Shown here piece after piece: positions 1 through 13,260 of a DNA stretch of 59,312 bases. The stretch spans positions 62,001 through 121,312 of the forward strand of contig JALJEE010001228.1 in assembly GCA_023231475.1 (NCBI GenBank), read 5' to 3'. The position numbers were made by a program, and so were the translations under genes. Positions within the stretch are counted from its first letter, which is position 1; each line of letters begins with the position of its first letter. This DNA comes from Seison nebaliae. Its lineage: Eukaryota. The notes beneath the pieces are model-generated. The model saw only the letters and a list, made by a program, of their open reading frames with translations, was not told the origin of the DNA and did not search any database.

Positions 1-272
1 CAGCCATTCCCAATTATCGGTCTAAGAAGTTTCTGTCGGTGCGCAACCTCTCTAATAGAATTACCTTCCTGATAAAGATTTAATATAACTTCTTACCTTT
101 CTTAAAAAAGCTTGATCACGAGCAATTTTAAATAATTAATTTTTTTAATTCAAAATATTTTGAAAAAGTTTACAAAGTAAACGTTAGTGTCCGAACATTC
201 ATGAGAGAACAATTATTAGCTTTGGATGAATACCTGTAAATTTTCATGTGCGAACATCTATGATACTCTCTG
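1..272 (-). mobile_element. 5' end of a degenerate Tc1/mariner-like DNA transposon (runs off the window start)
   Basis: Minus-strand translation KVRVILNLYQEGNSIREVAHRQKLLRPII resembles the N-terminal HTH of Tc1 transposases. The putative end reads TA|CAGAG on the minus strand (CTCTGTA at 268-274). Two related motifs, GTGTCCGAACATTCATGA and GTGCGAACATCTATGA, lie inside the end. Confidence 0.4.
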
Positions 273-289
273 TAACTCAACAATATAAC

Positions 290-897
290 CAGAGCCCAAC
301 TCTATAATACTGACAGTTAAGTTTGACACACGTGAAAATAACATGTGTGGACAGCTATACTCCTAAATTTTTTGCTTAGCGCAGATATGGCGCCAGTTTC
401 AAAATCTAAAGTAAAGGATAGTTTAATGTTGAAGATTTAGCAAATAACGACAGAAGAAGCAATTATTATGGTAGCAAATTTTGTATTTTATGGTAATATA
501 TTTTTATAATATTGGTAACACGATTAGTCGTGCACAATACAACTCTATTTGCGTATTAACTGGATGGCTTAGGCTTCGTTGGAATCATTATTCCAGATAA
601 ACATATCTAATGAACTGCATAAACTGACAGACATATTACGTCTTAAATTTAAAAACCATTGAAAAACTAAGTCAAGAACTGTCCTAATTATGAGTTAATA
701 ACTATCCTTTGGAGAATTCTTATGTACGATTACTATCTTTCCGGTTCAATTTTCAGTCTGTTTTGAAGTTGAGAACTGTCCGAAAAATTATTAAAAAGTT
801 GAGAACTGTCCGAACGAATAAAAAACTAAGTTGAGAACTGTCCTTTTTTTGGTTGAGAACTGTCTTCTACAAGATTTTTATATAGAGTTACGCTCTG
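290..897. mobile_element. Non-autonomous TIR element (hAT-like MITE)
   Basis: 17-bp TIRs: CAGAGCCCAACTCTATA (290-306) and TATAGAGTTACGCTCTG (881-897), 15/17 match. Subterminal repeats flip orientation between the two ends. No target-site duplication is visible. Confidence 0.6.
669..866 (+). repeat. Five dispersed copies of AAGTTGAGAACTGTCC (subterminal repeats)
   Basis: Copies at about 669, 766, 796, 828 and 850, inside the right end of the 290-897 element. Confidence 0.85.
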
Positions 898-1670
898 TCC
901 CCCAATCCTATGGAGAGATTGTAAAATTCTCTTCAGGATGACCTGATTATTTAAATAAAAAGTTAAACAAGATATTTTTTTTCGATCGGACTGAAGAATT
1001 GACAAGTTTATAGTTGAATAGCAGATTAAACGTGTTAAGTTTTAATGAAAATCCATCGCTAAAACCAAATCATCAAGGAACCTTCTGCTATTTGAGGTCA
1101 AATTTCCTGCCAGCTACATCATTTCTTTTAAAGAACGAGATACACCGAAGAATAAAAATATTACCGTTGAAATGTCCATTAGATAACTTCCGTCTATGTT
1201 TCAATAAAAACCAGTACTAAGAAATAAAAAGATTGGGGGACGTCATACAAACCACTCCACTAGATAAATATCGTTCAATTACCTATGTTTTATTAATTGA
1301 AAATTATAAGTATTACTAAATTTTCAAACTACTAAATTGTTTAAGTTCACTTTTCCAATACCAAATTCCTTTTATTGTAATGTCATTGCCGAAATGAATA
1401 AAGAATTGTTCTGCAAGTTCAAAAAGAAATAATTGTCCTTCGCAATTTTTATCAGGAAATAGAAAAAAAGAAGAAACGAAATTTCATAACTTTTCTTTTC
1501 CTATTAACAATAGACTTTCGACAAACGGTAAAACAATGAGACGATGCATTATTATGTCGTCGGTTACTATGGAGACAAATCTATCATGCTAAATTCGATT
1601 ACATCAATAATTGAAAAGACTAACTTTGACATTTTGTGCACAATTCGAGAATATCGTTATTTACAACACG

Positions 1671-4600
1671 ATGTTTACATCTCTCCAACAAAATCGCTAC
1701 CATTCATCAGATGATATAGCTAAGAAGAGTTTATTTGACGGCAATTCTTATCCTCGAACGAAGGCAGATGAGTTACAGGAGAAATTGAAGAAACTTGAAG
1801 TGCGATATGTTAACGGGAGGAAACTTCATAAAATTGACACGAGCAAATTTGAAAAGTCGAAGAATCGGCAATCACAAAAGAACATTAAAAAATCAATCAA
1901 AAATCCAATAAGATTACCTCCGGTGAATAAGACCAGTTAACATCCGAATAATTTTTTAAATTTTTTTTTCATCCAATAAAGATGTCACGTCGATTGCATT
2001 ACCGAAAGATAGAACGCCACATAATTTATTGGAAGATGAACGTCGAATGCAAATGGATATTATTTCCGGGGTTCCACGAGAGTTCGATATTAATAACAAA
2101 ATCAACGAAAATTTCACTAAAAACAAATTGGTAAATGTTCCAAAAATCTCAAATTATGAGTATGAAGCACTCCAAAATCAATCGAAAAATATTTTGATGA
2201 GACTTGACGCTGCGAGAGAAGAACGCAGAGTCGATTTCTATCAGGATAAATTGAATGACGTTCTGAAAAGAGTAGACGATGTTAATTTTCTATTTGAATA
2301 TAAATTGCTCTCATTTACCTCATTTACCTCATTTACATTTAATTTAGGCACTTCATTATTATGAATCAGCTTCGATTGCAGCTCAATATATCAAACCAGA
2401 ATCATGGACTGAAGAAGATACGAAGAAAGTCGATAAATCTAAGGAGGAAGAAAAGGATGACGATGAGACGACAGACAAGAAACCCAAACTAAGAAATTAT
2501 ATTAAACATGTCCCAACACTTGTTTCTTTTTCTTATCGACTTTAAATTTATCTTTATCAACAACTGAAGGAACAATTACAAGAAATTATTGGAAATAAAA
2601 TCGAGAAACAGAAAGTTCTCATAAAACTTCTCTCTTTTCCTTCTTTATCTTCTTTTTCAGTATCAACAACAAATTTCCATATTTATCGTAGGATATTCGA
2701 CTGCTTCTAAAGAACGAGAAGAATTACTTGACGAAATTAATGATGTTCATTTCATCTTCTCTATTTTGAAATATAACAACTAATGTCTTCAGTTCTTCAA
2801 TAATAGTGCAAAGAATTTTTTGGCGGATCATAAATATGAAGATTTAAATTTCGATTTGGAGGAAGTTGATCAGGATGTTCATCTTTGTATAGATAATGCA
2901 TTCCGACTTGCCAATCGACTTGGCGAGATTAATGATACGATTTTGAATCATGTGGCTAATTCGAATATCGGTGCTAGCAAACAAATGAATAAAGCGTTTC
3001 AACTCACATTTATAAATAGAAATTTTAAATATTCTTTTTAGTCAACGGAAACGATTGGAACAAAAACAATTGGGTTTAGCCAAAGAAGAAATTTTATCGA
3101 TGAATGATAAAATTAAAAATTTAATGAAAGGTTTCTTTAAACATTCTATGAACATCACATGAATAATTCGATAGATATCGAGAGTAAAGATGATCAATTG
3201 CAGAAACTCTTCAACCAAGTTGAAATAAAGAACGCGGAAATTGAAAAACTTAAAATTGATATAGCGTCTAAAGTTTTAATTTATCTTAATATATTAGATA
3301 ATAATTCATCTTTTATCTGCAGAAAAATTCAGCTAGAGCATCGAGACTTCGTGGAAGTTCCAAAGATAAATCTCCATCCCCAAATTCCAGAAATTTCACG
3401 AGGAGCAATTCCATTCATCCGAATAATATCAGTTCAACTTTGAAGGAACAGATCCGACCACTTTTATCAAATGAAGAAGATCTTGAGAAATTTGATGTTT
3501 ATTCATTTTCAATCTTCTTCTTCTTCTATTTATGACTACGATTTAATAGAATGTGTTGAAAAATGTTGAAACTCAAATGGTAATCATTAACAGTTAGTGA
3601 AAGTGTTGAACATTTTTGAAAATTGAAAAATAAAATTCAGATGTGAATTTAACGAGAAGTAATACGATGGTGGATATTGAAAAGAAAGTTAACTTTGTTT
3701 GTTTATTTTTTTCCCTAAAATCTCTTTATTTAGCCGAAGAAGAAAAAGAAGAAGAAAAGTAAAGTTGATAATTTAATTTATGTTCAATTTCTTTTCATCT
3801 ATTCCATTTCTTTCAACAACACAAACATTTTAGTCGAGAAAAAGAAAAGTTAAATTTTTATATTTGAAAATTTTTCACTTTAATTGTTTCTAAATTAGAG
3901 TTCTATTAAGTTTGAAACAGGTTTAATTTGAATTGTGAAGAAAAGTTCTTAATTTATATTCAGCTGCTGCGAAAAGTGACACGGAAGAAATTTTGTTGAA
4001 AAACGAAAACAAAGACGATGATGATTTGCTAGCAAAATTGCAGAAAGTTCAGAAATTGGGTGGTACTTCCACTTTGGACGATGGGAATGATGGTCAACCG
4101 ATTGATTGGGATAAAATTTTAACAGCTCAGTCTCATATTTCCATCGATCAATTACCAGAAATAAACGACGAGACGTTTTGGATGCACAAAGTGACAAAGA
4201 GTAATGTCGTTTTAAAATATGCGAATATTCGATTAATTGTTATGATTTTTCGAATAAAATTATGCTAAAAATAATTTTGATTAGGCGATAGGACTCCAAA
4301 ATAAATTGACTTATCAAACTGAACAGTTACAGGAGAAGAATCAACAGAAGATGATTCGAATTAAAGAACAATTTCTTGAACATCGATCCAAATGGGATGT
4401 TGTTAGATGATTTTTCTTTTAAATTCTATTTCGGTTATTCGTTTGCAGGACAAGAATAAAACTGTTAATTCGAATAATCCAAAATGGGAAACAGAACGTG
4501 AAACTTTGATGGAATTGACAGTGACTGCGGAGAATGTCCAAAAAGAGACGGAAGAAGAAGCAGTAGATGCATTTAATCGAATAGAAAACTTGATAAAAGT

Positions 4601-6811
4601 ACAAGAGGAAATGGTTTTTATTAATAAAACTTTCGAAAAATATAATTATAATTGAAATTAGGACGAAGAAGATTTGAAGCAATTAGAATTAGCAAGACAA
4701 AGATCGAATTCCTTAGCCACCTACAAAGCGAAAGTTGGTCATTCTATAAATGTCGATCAATTAGTCAATGGGGAATTATATGGAGCTAACGAAGAAATAA
4801 ATGAGTTGAATGATAATGACAAGAAAGTTAGAATTATTTCACATAATTTATTATTTCCAATTTAAATCTTTCTAATATTTCCCTAATTTATTATTATCGA
4901 TCAATTATATCATCAAAATCATGTTAAGTTACAAGACGCAGCATCGGAAATTGTGTTTCATGAAGAAATACGACAAAAAGTATTAGAAGAACGTCGATCA
5001 TTATTGGTAACGATGAAGAACGAATTGGCAATGAAGAAACAAAGAATTCTTTCGTTAAGGAATCTAAAACAAAGTTCTTTCTCTCATCTGATGATTCGGT
5101 GTTGAATTTAGCTTATTTCCTTTTTTTAGAAAATTCCTCAAAACTTATCGATAAAAGACCAGTAACTGGAATTCCGATGAACAGACGTATGCAAATATCC
5201 ATTCATCCATACGAAGAAGTAACGTCGAGTATGTTAAGTTCGAGACAAGGAAATCGAACTGCCGCTATTCCACCAGTAGAAACAATAACGTTCTCTTTTT
5301 TTTTTCATTGACATTTCTGATAATTTTGGGGCAATTTAAAGAGAAATTAAAAATCAGGACGAATTATGGAAAGAAGCAGCAAATACATTTGCTAACATTT
5401 ATCGTAGTTTCGCACGAAAAATAATTTCACACTTACTTGAGATCACAACGGAGGAACAATTCGTTCAATTAGAAAGTTATTTTTCATATTTTTTTCGGAA
5501 CTCTTTCAAAATTTCCGTTAACTTTTTAGGATTTCAAGAAGATGATATTTACTTTCAGACAAATACTAATGTGGAAGAAGTAGATGAGCTAATAAATAAT
5601 GATATGGATAAAAGTGAAGAATTATTAAGAATCATTTCTCAACTTATCGAGAATCATGGACCAAAAAAACATGAACCGAATATGCACATGGTGAATGAAA
5701 TCGAAAGATTAAATGATCGGAATCAATCACAAATGAACGTCATTGAAATTCTAACGAGACAATTGAAATTACAAACAAATAAAAGTTTCTATTCAACATT
5801 ACGCTTCCAATTACCAGTTGTACGAGATTTGTACGAATATAAGCGATCGCCATTTACTTTAACGAAATCTAATTCGGAATTAGCTATTTGTGACGCCATT
5901 CGAAATGATGCTTCTGATGATTTCTACTCATTATTCGTCAATAATCATATGATGCCATTGCAAAGAAGTCCAACATTCGCTAATTTGTATGTGCACAATC
6001 TTCATACAAATACTTCAGATAACCTCCAATATAAAAGTGACGAATTAGAAGGACAAATCGAATCACTTTCCTCTTTTAACACCGCTGGTAGTAGTCCATT
6101 CAATTATTTGAACAATTCGTTAAAATTAGACAAATTATTCCAATCATCGCCACATCGACCACTGCAAAATATGGAAATTTTCACTTTCGCTTCATTTACT
6201 TATTTCACACGATCTGACGTCCGTCGAAATAATTTACAATTACAAAGAATTGTCGATTTCTTAGAGAAGAATGAAATTAATAAATCGACGAAAAATCATC
6301 TTAACAAACTCACTTTACAACTGCAGGTTAAAAATTCACTTTAAAAATAATTAAAAACTATCTAAAAAATTTACATTTTCAGTCTATTTGGGAGACGAGT
6401 GAAGAATATTTAAAGTTGATTAAAAAACAATTTATTCTTTTGGTTAAAAAAAATGTATTGAAACTTCGATCTTTACCAATCATACCAGGTAAATTTTCAC
6501 TCCAAAAATTTGAAGGAAAATAATTAAAAATTTCAAATAATCCTTCGATTTTTCCAGAAAAAGAAGATGAAAAAGATGAATTAAATGGGAAAGAAGAGAA
6601 AAAATTGAAAATAATTTTACTTAAAGTTAAATCTTTAATTTAAAATATTAAACTTTTCAATTTTTCAATTTAGTTGATGAATCAGAAGAGTTATCAGATG
6701 CAAATGGTTCGTGAAGAACGAAGATTAATCGCACAACAAATTACGAATGAATTAGGCGAATTAGAACAAAGATATCATTGCGTTCTCATTCGTCCTTGTA
6801 TCAATTATTAG
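1671..6811 (+). CDS. Large multi-exon coiled-coil protein of unknown function (>20 short introns)
   Basis: ATG at 1671. Many E/K/Q-rich ORF fragments are joined by ~40-70 nt GT-AG introns; the junctions I checked are in frame. Last exon ...ELEQRYHCVLIRPCINY* with TAG at 6809-6811. No family recognised; it could be more than one gene. Confidence 0.6.
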
Positions 6812-6934
6812 AGAGTATCTGACGGTTTTTTTGAGAATAAATTTTGAATTGATCAAATTAATGAAAGAGAATTCGAAGAAGAAATTTAAGATATTATTCA
6901 TTTAAATCCAATAAAAACTGATTCAAAAATAATT

Positions 6935-7625
6935 TTAGTTCTTGTATCCACATGTCTTCCTTCGTCCTCGAGCACGTTCGAATTTTCGTCCCTTTGATCG
7001 AACAAACGGTTTCGTATCGGAATTCTTTGCACCTGGTGCACGTCCGAAATGACGACATGCTTCTCTCGCTGTTCGTTTGCCTCGTACCAATAATGTATTG
7101 GCACCAGTTGGACTTTTCAATGCCAATTGATCGAAAGTTAAAATTTCGCCACCAGATTTCTGAATTCGTTCACGGGCACGTTCCGATACTCCTAGTGCAC
7201 AAATTTTCATTCCGGGAACGGTCAATTGACGTTCATCATTTGTCACTTTTCCTACGATGACGATGGTTTTTTGTTTCTTGCAATCAGCTGAACTCATCGC
7301 TCGATCATAAACTCGTGTCAATTGTGAAGTGGAAATTGGAGGACGATTCATTCGACTCATATAAAGACGTTTGAGAATGATTTTATTGAATTTCTTTCCA
7401 GTTCTTCTTGCTAGAAATTTGTACAACTATTTAAAATTAGAAGAAATTGAAATTGAAAAATTTTCTATAACTTTCACCAATAATCGATGATAAACATCTG
7501 GACTTCTGGTGGAATTCCGACGAACTTTTCGCTCATTCTTATGACAAATGTCAATGCCCTACAGATGTGAAATAAATGGAAAAGATATGTAAGACGTTGC
7601 CGTTTTTCTAAAAGATACAAACCAT
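6935..7625 (-). CDS. RPL18: 60S ribosomal protein L18 (eL18), 3 exons
   Basis: [39 protein letters not shown]...[12 protein letters not shown]...[12 protein letters not shown]. An intron follows the ATG (7625-7623) directly, and a second ~45-nt intron lies near 7428-7472. Confidence 0.97.
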
Positions 7626-7921
7626 TTCTAATACAAATTGTTGTTGTTTAGTTTGTGGAAAGTTTCGAAAATTCAAATTTGAGAAAAAAATTTATTTGTG
7701 GAACAGGAAAAATTTAAAAAGAAAACAAATTTTTCTTAAAAGTTTGGCTTATAATACCGGAGTATAGGAGTATAAAAATAATAAATTTGTTTTCTTCCCT
7801 AATTGGGATGATGAAGCTTAATTGTTTATCTATCTCTAATAGATTTGGGAATTTTCGATGAATGAGAAAAAGTAAAAATTTTCTGATTAAATTATTTCTC
7901 TTTTTCTTTCACACTTCAACG
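7626..7921. promoter_or_regulatory. Putative bidirectional promoter shared by RPL18 and PCMT1
   Basis: Only 296 bp separate the divergent start codons. Contains a GGAGTATA direct repeat near 7759-7774. Inferred from gene arrangement only. Confidence 0.5.
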
Positions 7922-8796
7922 ATGGCTTGGCGGTCACATGGTGCTACAAATGTTGAATTAGTAAAAAATTTAAGAGGTGAATTTCTGTTAAGATTCGTCA
8001 ATTAATTATTGAATAGGAAATGGAATTATTTCTTCGGATCGAGTGGCGAATGCGATGATGAAAATCGATAGAAAGAATTATGTTCTCGATCCATCATCAG
8101 CTTATTACGATCGTCCTCAACCCATTGGTTACAGTGTCACAATTTCTGCACCACATATGCACGCTTATGCATTGGAAGTGCTCAAAGATCATTTGAAATC
8201 TGGAAATTCCGCTCTCGACATAGGAAGTGGAAGTGGTTATTTAACCGCTGCTATGGCAACGATGGTAAATATTTTCTTATTTTATTTTCAATATTATTTC
8301 TCCAAATTCAGATCGAATCGAACGGAATTGTGGTGGGTATCGAACACATGAAAGAATTAGTAACGAAATCGATAGAGAATATTAAAAAAGGAGATGAAAA
8401 TCTTTTAGATAAAAAATTAATTCTGATCATAGGTTCAATTCATTATTGATAATTTCTAATATCATTATTGTGCAGAGGGTGATGGAAGAAAAGGATATTC
8501 AGAGAAAGCGCCATATGATTGTATTCATGTTGGTGCAGCATCAGATGGGACACCGAAATTAGTTTAATATTTTTCCCATCAATTTTTATTCCACGTCAAA
8601 TTTCTTTTTTTTCCAGTTATTGGAACAATTGAAAGTTGGTGGAAGAGCTGTAATTCCGGTAGATGAAGGTGATGGTAATCAATATCTCATTCAATATGAC
8701 AAAGTGAATGAGAAGGAAGTGAAATCGAAGAAATTAATGGGCGTCATTTATGTGCCACTCACTGATGCTAATAAACAAAGGAGAAAAGATTTGTGA
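7922..8796 (+). CDS. PCMT1: Protein-L-isoaspartate O-methyltransferase, 5 exons
   Basis: [60 protein letters not shown]. Four introns of 40-55 nt restore the frame. Confidence 0.96.
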
Positions 8797-8984
8797 GAAG
8801 AAATATTGAAGTAATTTCATTTAGTTTTATAAAATTATGAGACGAGATAATTATGGTGGAGATGTAAAAAAGAGAAATATGAATAAATTAATTTGTTGGA
8901 AAAATTTGAGAATTGTAAATTATTTTTGTTGGAAAAGTTGACTTTATTTGGATAATCGTCATTTTGTTGTTGTTGTTGTTGCTT

Positions 8985-10598
8985 TTAAGTGTTAATGAGA
9001 AATTCTTTCTCGTATTGATCTGATACAGCATCATTATTGTAGAATGGTCTCTTTCGTCGACATCGTCGAATAGTTAGACGAATGAAAATAATTAATGGAA
9101 TAATAGAGATAATTACCAGAACGATAGAACAGATAGATATAGCGAGTTGTTTCTTTGACATTAACATAATATATCCTTTCATTGTCTTCTTCAATTTCTC
9201 AATTTCTTTCATCATCGAATGATCTGAAAAAAAGAAAATGAAAAATTAAAATTTTTTAATTAAAATTTTTTAATTTTAAATTTCTTTTCTTTCCATATAC
9301 AATTTTTACGGTACAAATTATCACGACACAGTTCGATGTTCACATATATTTCTAAAAATTAAATACCTTTCTCTTTTATCGGTTTTTCCGTCGATAACGG
9401 AATTTTATGAAATTGATCGATTGTTAATCGATTAGTTTTCTCACGATTATACGATCGCATCTTCTCCAATTCTTTAACAAATTCCTTCTCTTTTAATTCC
9501 GTTTTCTTTCTATCGACCTCCCCATAATTTTTTCTGATATCGTTCGAAAATTTAGAGGATGATCGATGGAAATCGAAATTAATAGGATGATCAAATCTTA
9601 AAGAGAAATCATCATTTGTATTGTCAGGAAAAGGATTAAAATTATATTCTGTACCCAAATTAAAATTATTCGACTCATCCGAATGTGCCGATTTCGGTGT
9701 AGCCATCGTTTCATCCAATTGAAGGAAATCATTAAAATTCATCATAATCGATTTCTCATCATCTGTTTTTTTCAAATCATTCATTTTCTTTAACGGTCTT
9801 GTTGTTGTTGTTGTTGTTTGACAATTAATTTCATCAGATCCATCATCACAATGACGAAAATTATCGCAAACATCATAAATTGGAATACATTTCTCATTTG
9901 ACCAACAACGGAATTCGAAAGAATGACAAAATATTTTTAACTCACCTGTTGTTGTTCGATTTTGTAAATGATCAACATGTTTCTCATCATCATCATCATC
10001 ATCATCCGAATACATTTTCATTGCGATGAATGCAGAATTCTGTTCGAAAACACACGAATTTTTCGTCCTACCATTTTCCATTTTACGACAAGAAAATAAA
10101 TAACATTTTGAGACATTCTTTAAAAAAAAAAGGAGAAATTTTAAAGAATTTTTTTGGAAAAAAAAATCTCACCAAAGTCGGATCTATATTCACCAACAAC
10201 GTATCACAACCAGTTAATTCACAACATAAATTTTGACAATTCAATTTCACCACATCCATTTTTAAACTGTTGATCGTTTGAACTTGAATTAAAGTAGTGG
10301 GCGATTCGGAAAGTCCCATTTTAACGATTTGTTTCTTCGTCGAATGATAATTGGAAAGACAGGTATCACTCGACGTTTTCTTGGATAAATAAAATTGTTC
10401 GAGTGGTGATGTTGTTGGACTACTTCCATCTTCTTCAGGAAATCCACCAAGATTACTCAATTTCTCAAAATTATTCGATTCATTTCCCTCAAGACTGAAT
10501 AAGGGAGAACCGACTTCCCCGTCAAAATTTTTAGTATAACCGCCATCTATTGTTGACAACGTGAACAGGAAGAAAATTATTATGAATAATCGATTCAT
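8985..10598 (-). CDS. LRP11-like type I membrane protein (signal peptide, MANEC/MANSC, LDL-receptor class A, TM)
   Basis: Signal peptide MNRLFIIIFFLF. MANEC-like Cys pattern CQNLCCELTGC..KCYLFSC..SCVF after splicing. LDLa motif CHSFEFRC..CIPIYDVCD..HCDDGSDEINC. TM LAISICSIVLVIISIIPLIIFI. Tail EKEFLINT resembles the LRP11 tail ESDYLINGMYL. Confidence 0.75.
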
Positions 10599-10816
10599 TT
10601 TTTCATTGTTAAGTTGAAGGTGAACTGCCAATTAATTGATGGAAACCGAATAAACCAAAAATAACTGTTGTTGTTAACAATATTAAATTATTTGTATCGT
10701 TAAATGAATTTTACAGTCTAACTTCTATCATATGTCCAAATTATTGAGCTTCGAATGACAAAATGACATTTTCTCCAATAATTTTTTAATAAAAAAATTT
10801 TTTTTAATTTTTTTAA

Positions 10817-11025
10817 AAATCGACATGGATGATTTTTTAATGATTTCTTTCAATTGGACGAAACTATAGTCACACCGAACTCCCCACATACCAATAATTG
10901 ACTTAATTATATTTGGAATTTTAATTGGAATAATTTTAATTCGATTTTAGGACAGTACCGATGATGATTTCCTTTTAAGATTTGAGCATCCGATTAATTT
11001 CTATTTCAATCGATCATTTTCCTAA
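10817..11025 (+). pseudogene. Inverted, diverged partial copy of LRP11-like coding sequence 9552-9754
   Basis: Matches the gene's sense strand, e.g. TTTTAATGATTTCTTTCAATTGGACGAAAC vs TTTTAATGATTTCCTTCAATTGGATGAAAC and GATGATTTCCTTTTAAGATTTGAGCATCCGATTAATTTC vs GATGATTTCTCTTTAAGATTTGATCATCCTATTAATTTC. Carries indels. Confidence 0.85.
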
Positions 11026-11304
11026 CTGTGTTAAATTTGGTTAACATCTTATAAATAAATGAGAAGTATGAGGGAGAAATAGTAGAATAATTTTTTTTTT
11101 ATTTATTTAACATAATTTAAAATCGAGTATATTCTCTTTATCGATATCAATGAAATGGTGAATGTGTTAGATGTCGAAAGTGAGAGAGCATCGTATACGT
11201 ATATGGTGAGAATGTTTAGATAAATATATTTAGAATCAAGAATGAGATGAAAATTTAGAGGAAAATTAAGAGATAAAATCTGAAAGAGAATTCTCGTAGA
11301 CATT

Positions 11305-13260
11305 CTATTGATCATTACCAATCGATGTTTGATTTCCATTATTCTGACCCAACAAATGATACATGGTCAAATTCTGATTATCAGTAGATAAATGAGTATC
11401 CGTCGTTGGTTGTGCCATATATTGGAGTGACGTCATCGCATCAGAATGATTAGCAATAGCTGAATTACAATAACTGTAATAAGACTGAATATCGACGACT
11501 GATGTCATCGTATGATTATCATCATTATTTATTTGATTATTGTTATTGTTCAATTCGTTTTCGTTTGAAGTGTTGGTTGAGTGCCGAGGATCATCAATTG
11601 TCTCATTTCCACTATTCGACAAATACTCATTACCGGATGTGTAATCTTGAGAATCATATGCTGCTGGTGTTGTAATCGAATTGTTATTCATATGATAATT
11701 ATTCAGATTATTCGCTTGACTTTTCAATAGAATATCATTAAGATAATGTCGATTATAAACAGCGGCTGAATTATAATTGAACATGTTCGAATAGATAGCA
11801 CTTGCACAATTATTCGACAAATCCGTTGATGTTGTTGTTGGTGGTAATGAGGAAGGTGGTTGAGATGTGTTATTTAATTCATTTGACGATTTATTATTTC
11901 CATCAGATGATTGTGATGTTTCTTTATCATATTCCGTTTGTTGTTGTTGTAATGAGCCAGATTGTTGTTGTTGTTGTTGTTGAAGGAATCTTGATGGCAT
12001 CATCTTTTGTAGAAGTAACATACGATAAAATTGATTACTATTAAGTATTCCTGATACCACATTTGAATCATTTGTCAGTTGCATATTATTCTGTTCCATT
12101 AAACTGTTTTGGATGACATTTCCTTGTTCTCCTCCATAAGTGCTCACTGAACTATTATGTGCATTTGCCGCTAATGCTGCTGCGGCAGCTATTTGAGGTG
12201 GTAATAAACCGGTTAATGCACCAGCAGTTGTTTGATATTTTCTTCGATAACCTCTGGGACGTCGTCGATAAGAGCCTTCCTCGAACATATACTCACAATT
12301 CGGATTAATTGCCCACATGTGTCCCTTACCAGCTTTCCCCGCAGCTTTCGGTAATTTGATGAAACATTCATTCAAACTTAAATTATGTCGAACCGAATTC
12401 TTCCATCCTTGATATGATCCACGAAAGAATTTAAATCGAGTTTGAAGGAATTGATAAATTTCATTGAGAGTTAAACATTTCTTATTGGATTGTTGAATTG
12501 CCATGACAATAAGAGCGATATAAGAATATGGTGGTTTCTCTCCTCTAATCTCCGTCTTCTCTTCTTGTTCTTCTGCCTCTTCTGATTTATTTTCATCGCA
12601 CTCACCCGTCTTCCCATCAGAATCATCTTCAGTTGTTGATGTTATTTCACTCCCATCTAATTTACTTCGTTTACTCCTCGAATCCGATTCACTGACACTC
12701 GAATTACTTTTACATCTTTTCCCGTGAGTCATTTGACTTTCCGTTCCTTCACTACTCACCACATCCGATTTACAACTAATACTTTCTCCATCAACATCCT
12801 CCACTAATTTCTCTTGTTTTATTTCTATGTTTGTTGATGTCAAATCATTTTCCTTCTTAACATTCGGCGAATTTACTGGTACTCCGCTGCTGTATTCGTC
12901 ATGTTGATTCGACGGATAATAATTTCTCCAATAATTTTGGGAATTATTCAAATTCTCTCCGTAATGAGTGGAGTATGCATGAACATTTGTATTGTGATAG
13001 TAACCGGTATCATTGGTCGTTGATAAATGCGTTGAATTCTCCTTAATTTTCTCATTGTTCTCATACATTTCATAGCTGCGATATGATTCGTTGTTTTCGT
13101 TCATCTCCCACGAATTCCTTTCATGATGATGACGATGATGATTTGATTGTTTCTCATTAAGATGGGGAAAGATAGTGGGCCCGTCTAATGTGTTGGTGGG
13201 ATTGCCCATAAGATAATTCATATAATTGTCGGAAGTGGATTGAGTCGATGTCATTCTCAT
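11305..13260 (-). CDS. FoxF: Forkhead box F transcription factor (single ORF)
   Basis: Forkhead domain [16 protein letters not shown]...[28 protein letters not shown]...GKGH...[17 protein letters not shown] is diagnostic of the FoxF class. AATAAA on the minus strand at 11102-11107. Confidence 0.93.
   Translation of the reverse strand: MRMTSTQSTSDNYMNYLMGNPTNTLDGPTIFPHLNEKQSNHHRHHHERNSWEMNENNESYRSYEMYENNEKIKENSTHLSTTNDTGYYHNTNVHAYSTHYGENLNNSQNYWRNYYPSNQHDEYSSGVPVNSPNVKKENDLTSTNIEIKQEKLVEDVDGESISCKSDVVSSEGTESQMTHGKRCKSNSSVSESDSRSKRSKLDGSEITSTTEDDSDGKTGECDENKSEEAEEQEEKTEIRGEKPPYSYIALIVMAIQQSNKKCLTLNEIYQFLQTRFKFFRGSYQGWKNSVRHNLSLNECFIKLPKAAGKAGKGHMWAINPNCEYMFEEGSYRRRPRGYRRKYQTTAGALTGLLPPQIAAAAALAANAHNSSVSTYGGEQGNVIQNSLMEQNNMQLTNDSNVVSGILNSNQFYRMLLLQKMMPSRFLQQQQQQQSGSLQQQQTEYDKETSQSSDGNNKSSNELNNTSQPPSSLPPTTTSTDLSNNCASAIYSNMFNYNSAAVYNRHYLNDILLKSQANNLNNYHMNNNSITTPAAYDSQDYTSGNEYLSNSGNETIDDPRHSTNTSNENELNNNNNQINNDDNHTMTSVVDIQSYYSYCNSAIANHSDAMTSLQYMAQPTTDTHLSTDNQNLTMYHLLGQNNGNQTSIGNDQ

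Noticed and set aside
669..866. CRISPR-like array of 16-bp repeats with spacers
   Set aside because: Repeats are too short, spacers are irregular and A/T-only, the context is eukaryotic with no cas genes, and the repeats sit inside a TIR element.
1671..6811. Alternative genetic code or frameshifting to explain fragmented ORFs
   Set aside because: Short GT-AG introns restore the frames, and RPL18 (TAA), PCMT1 (TGA) and NDUFS7 (TAG) stop at the expected C-termini.
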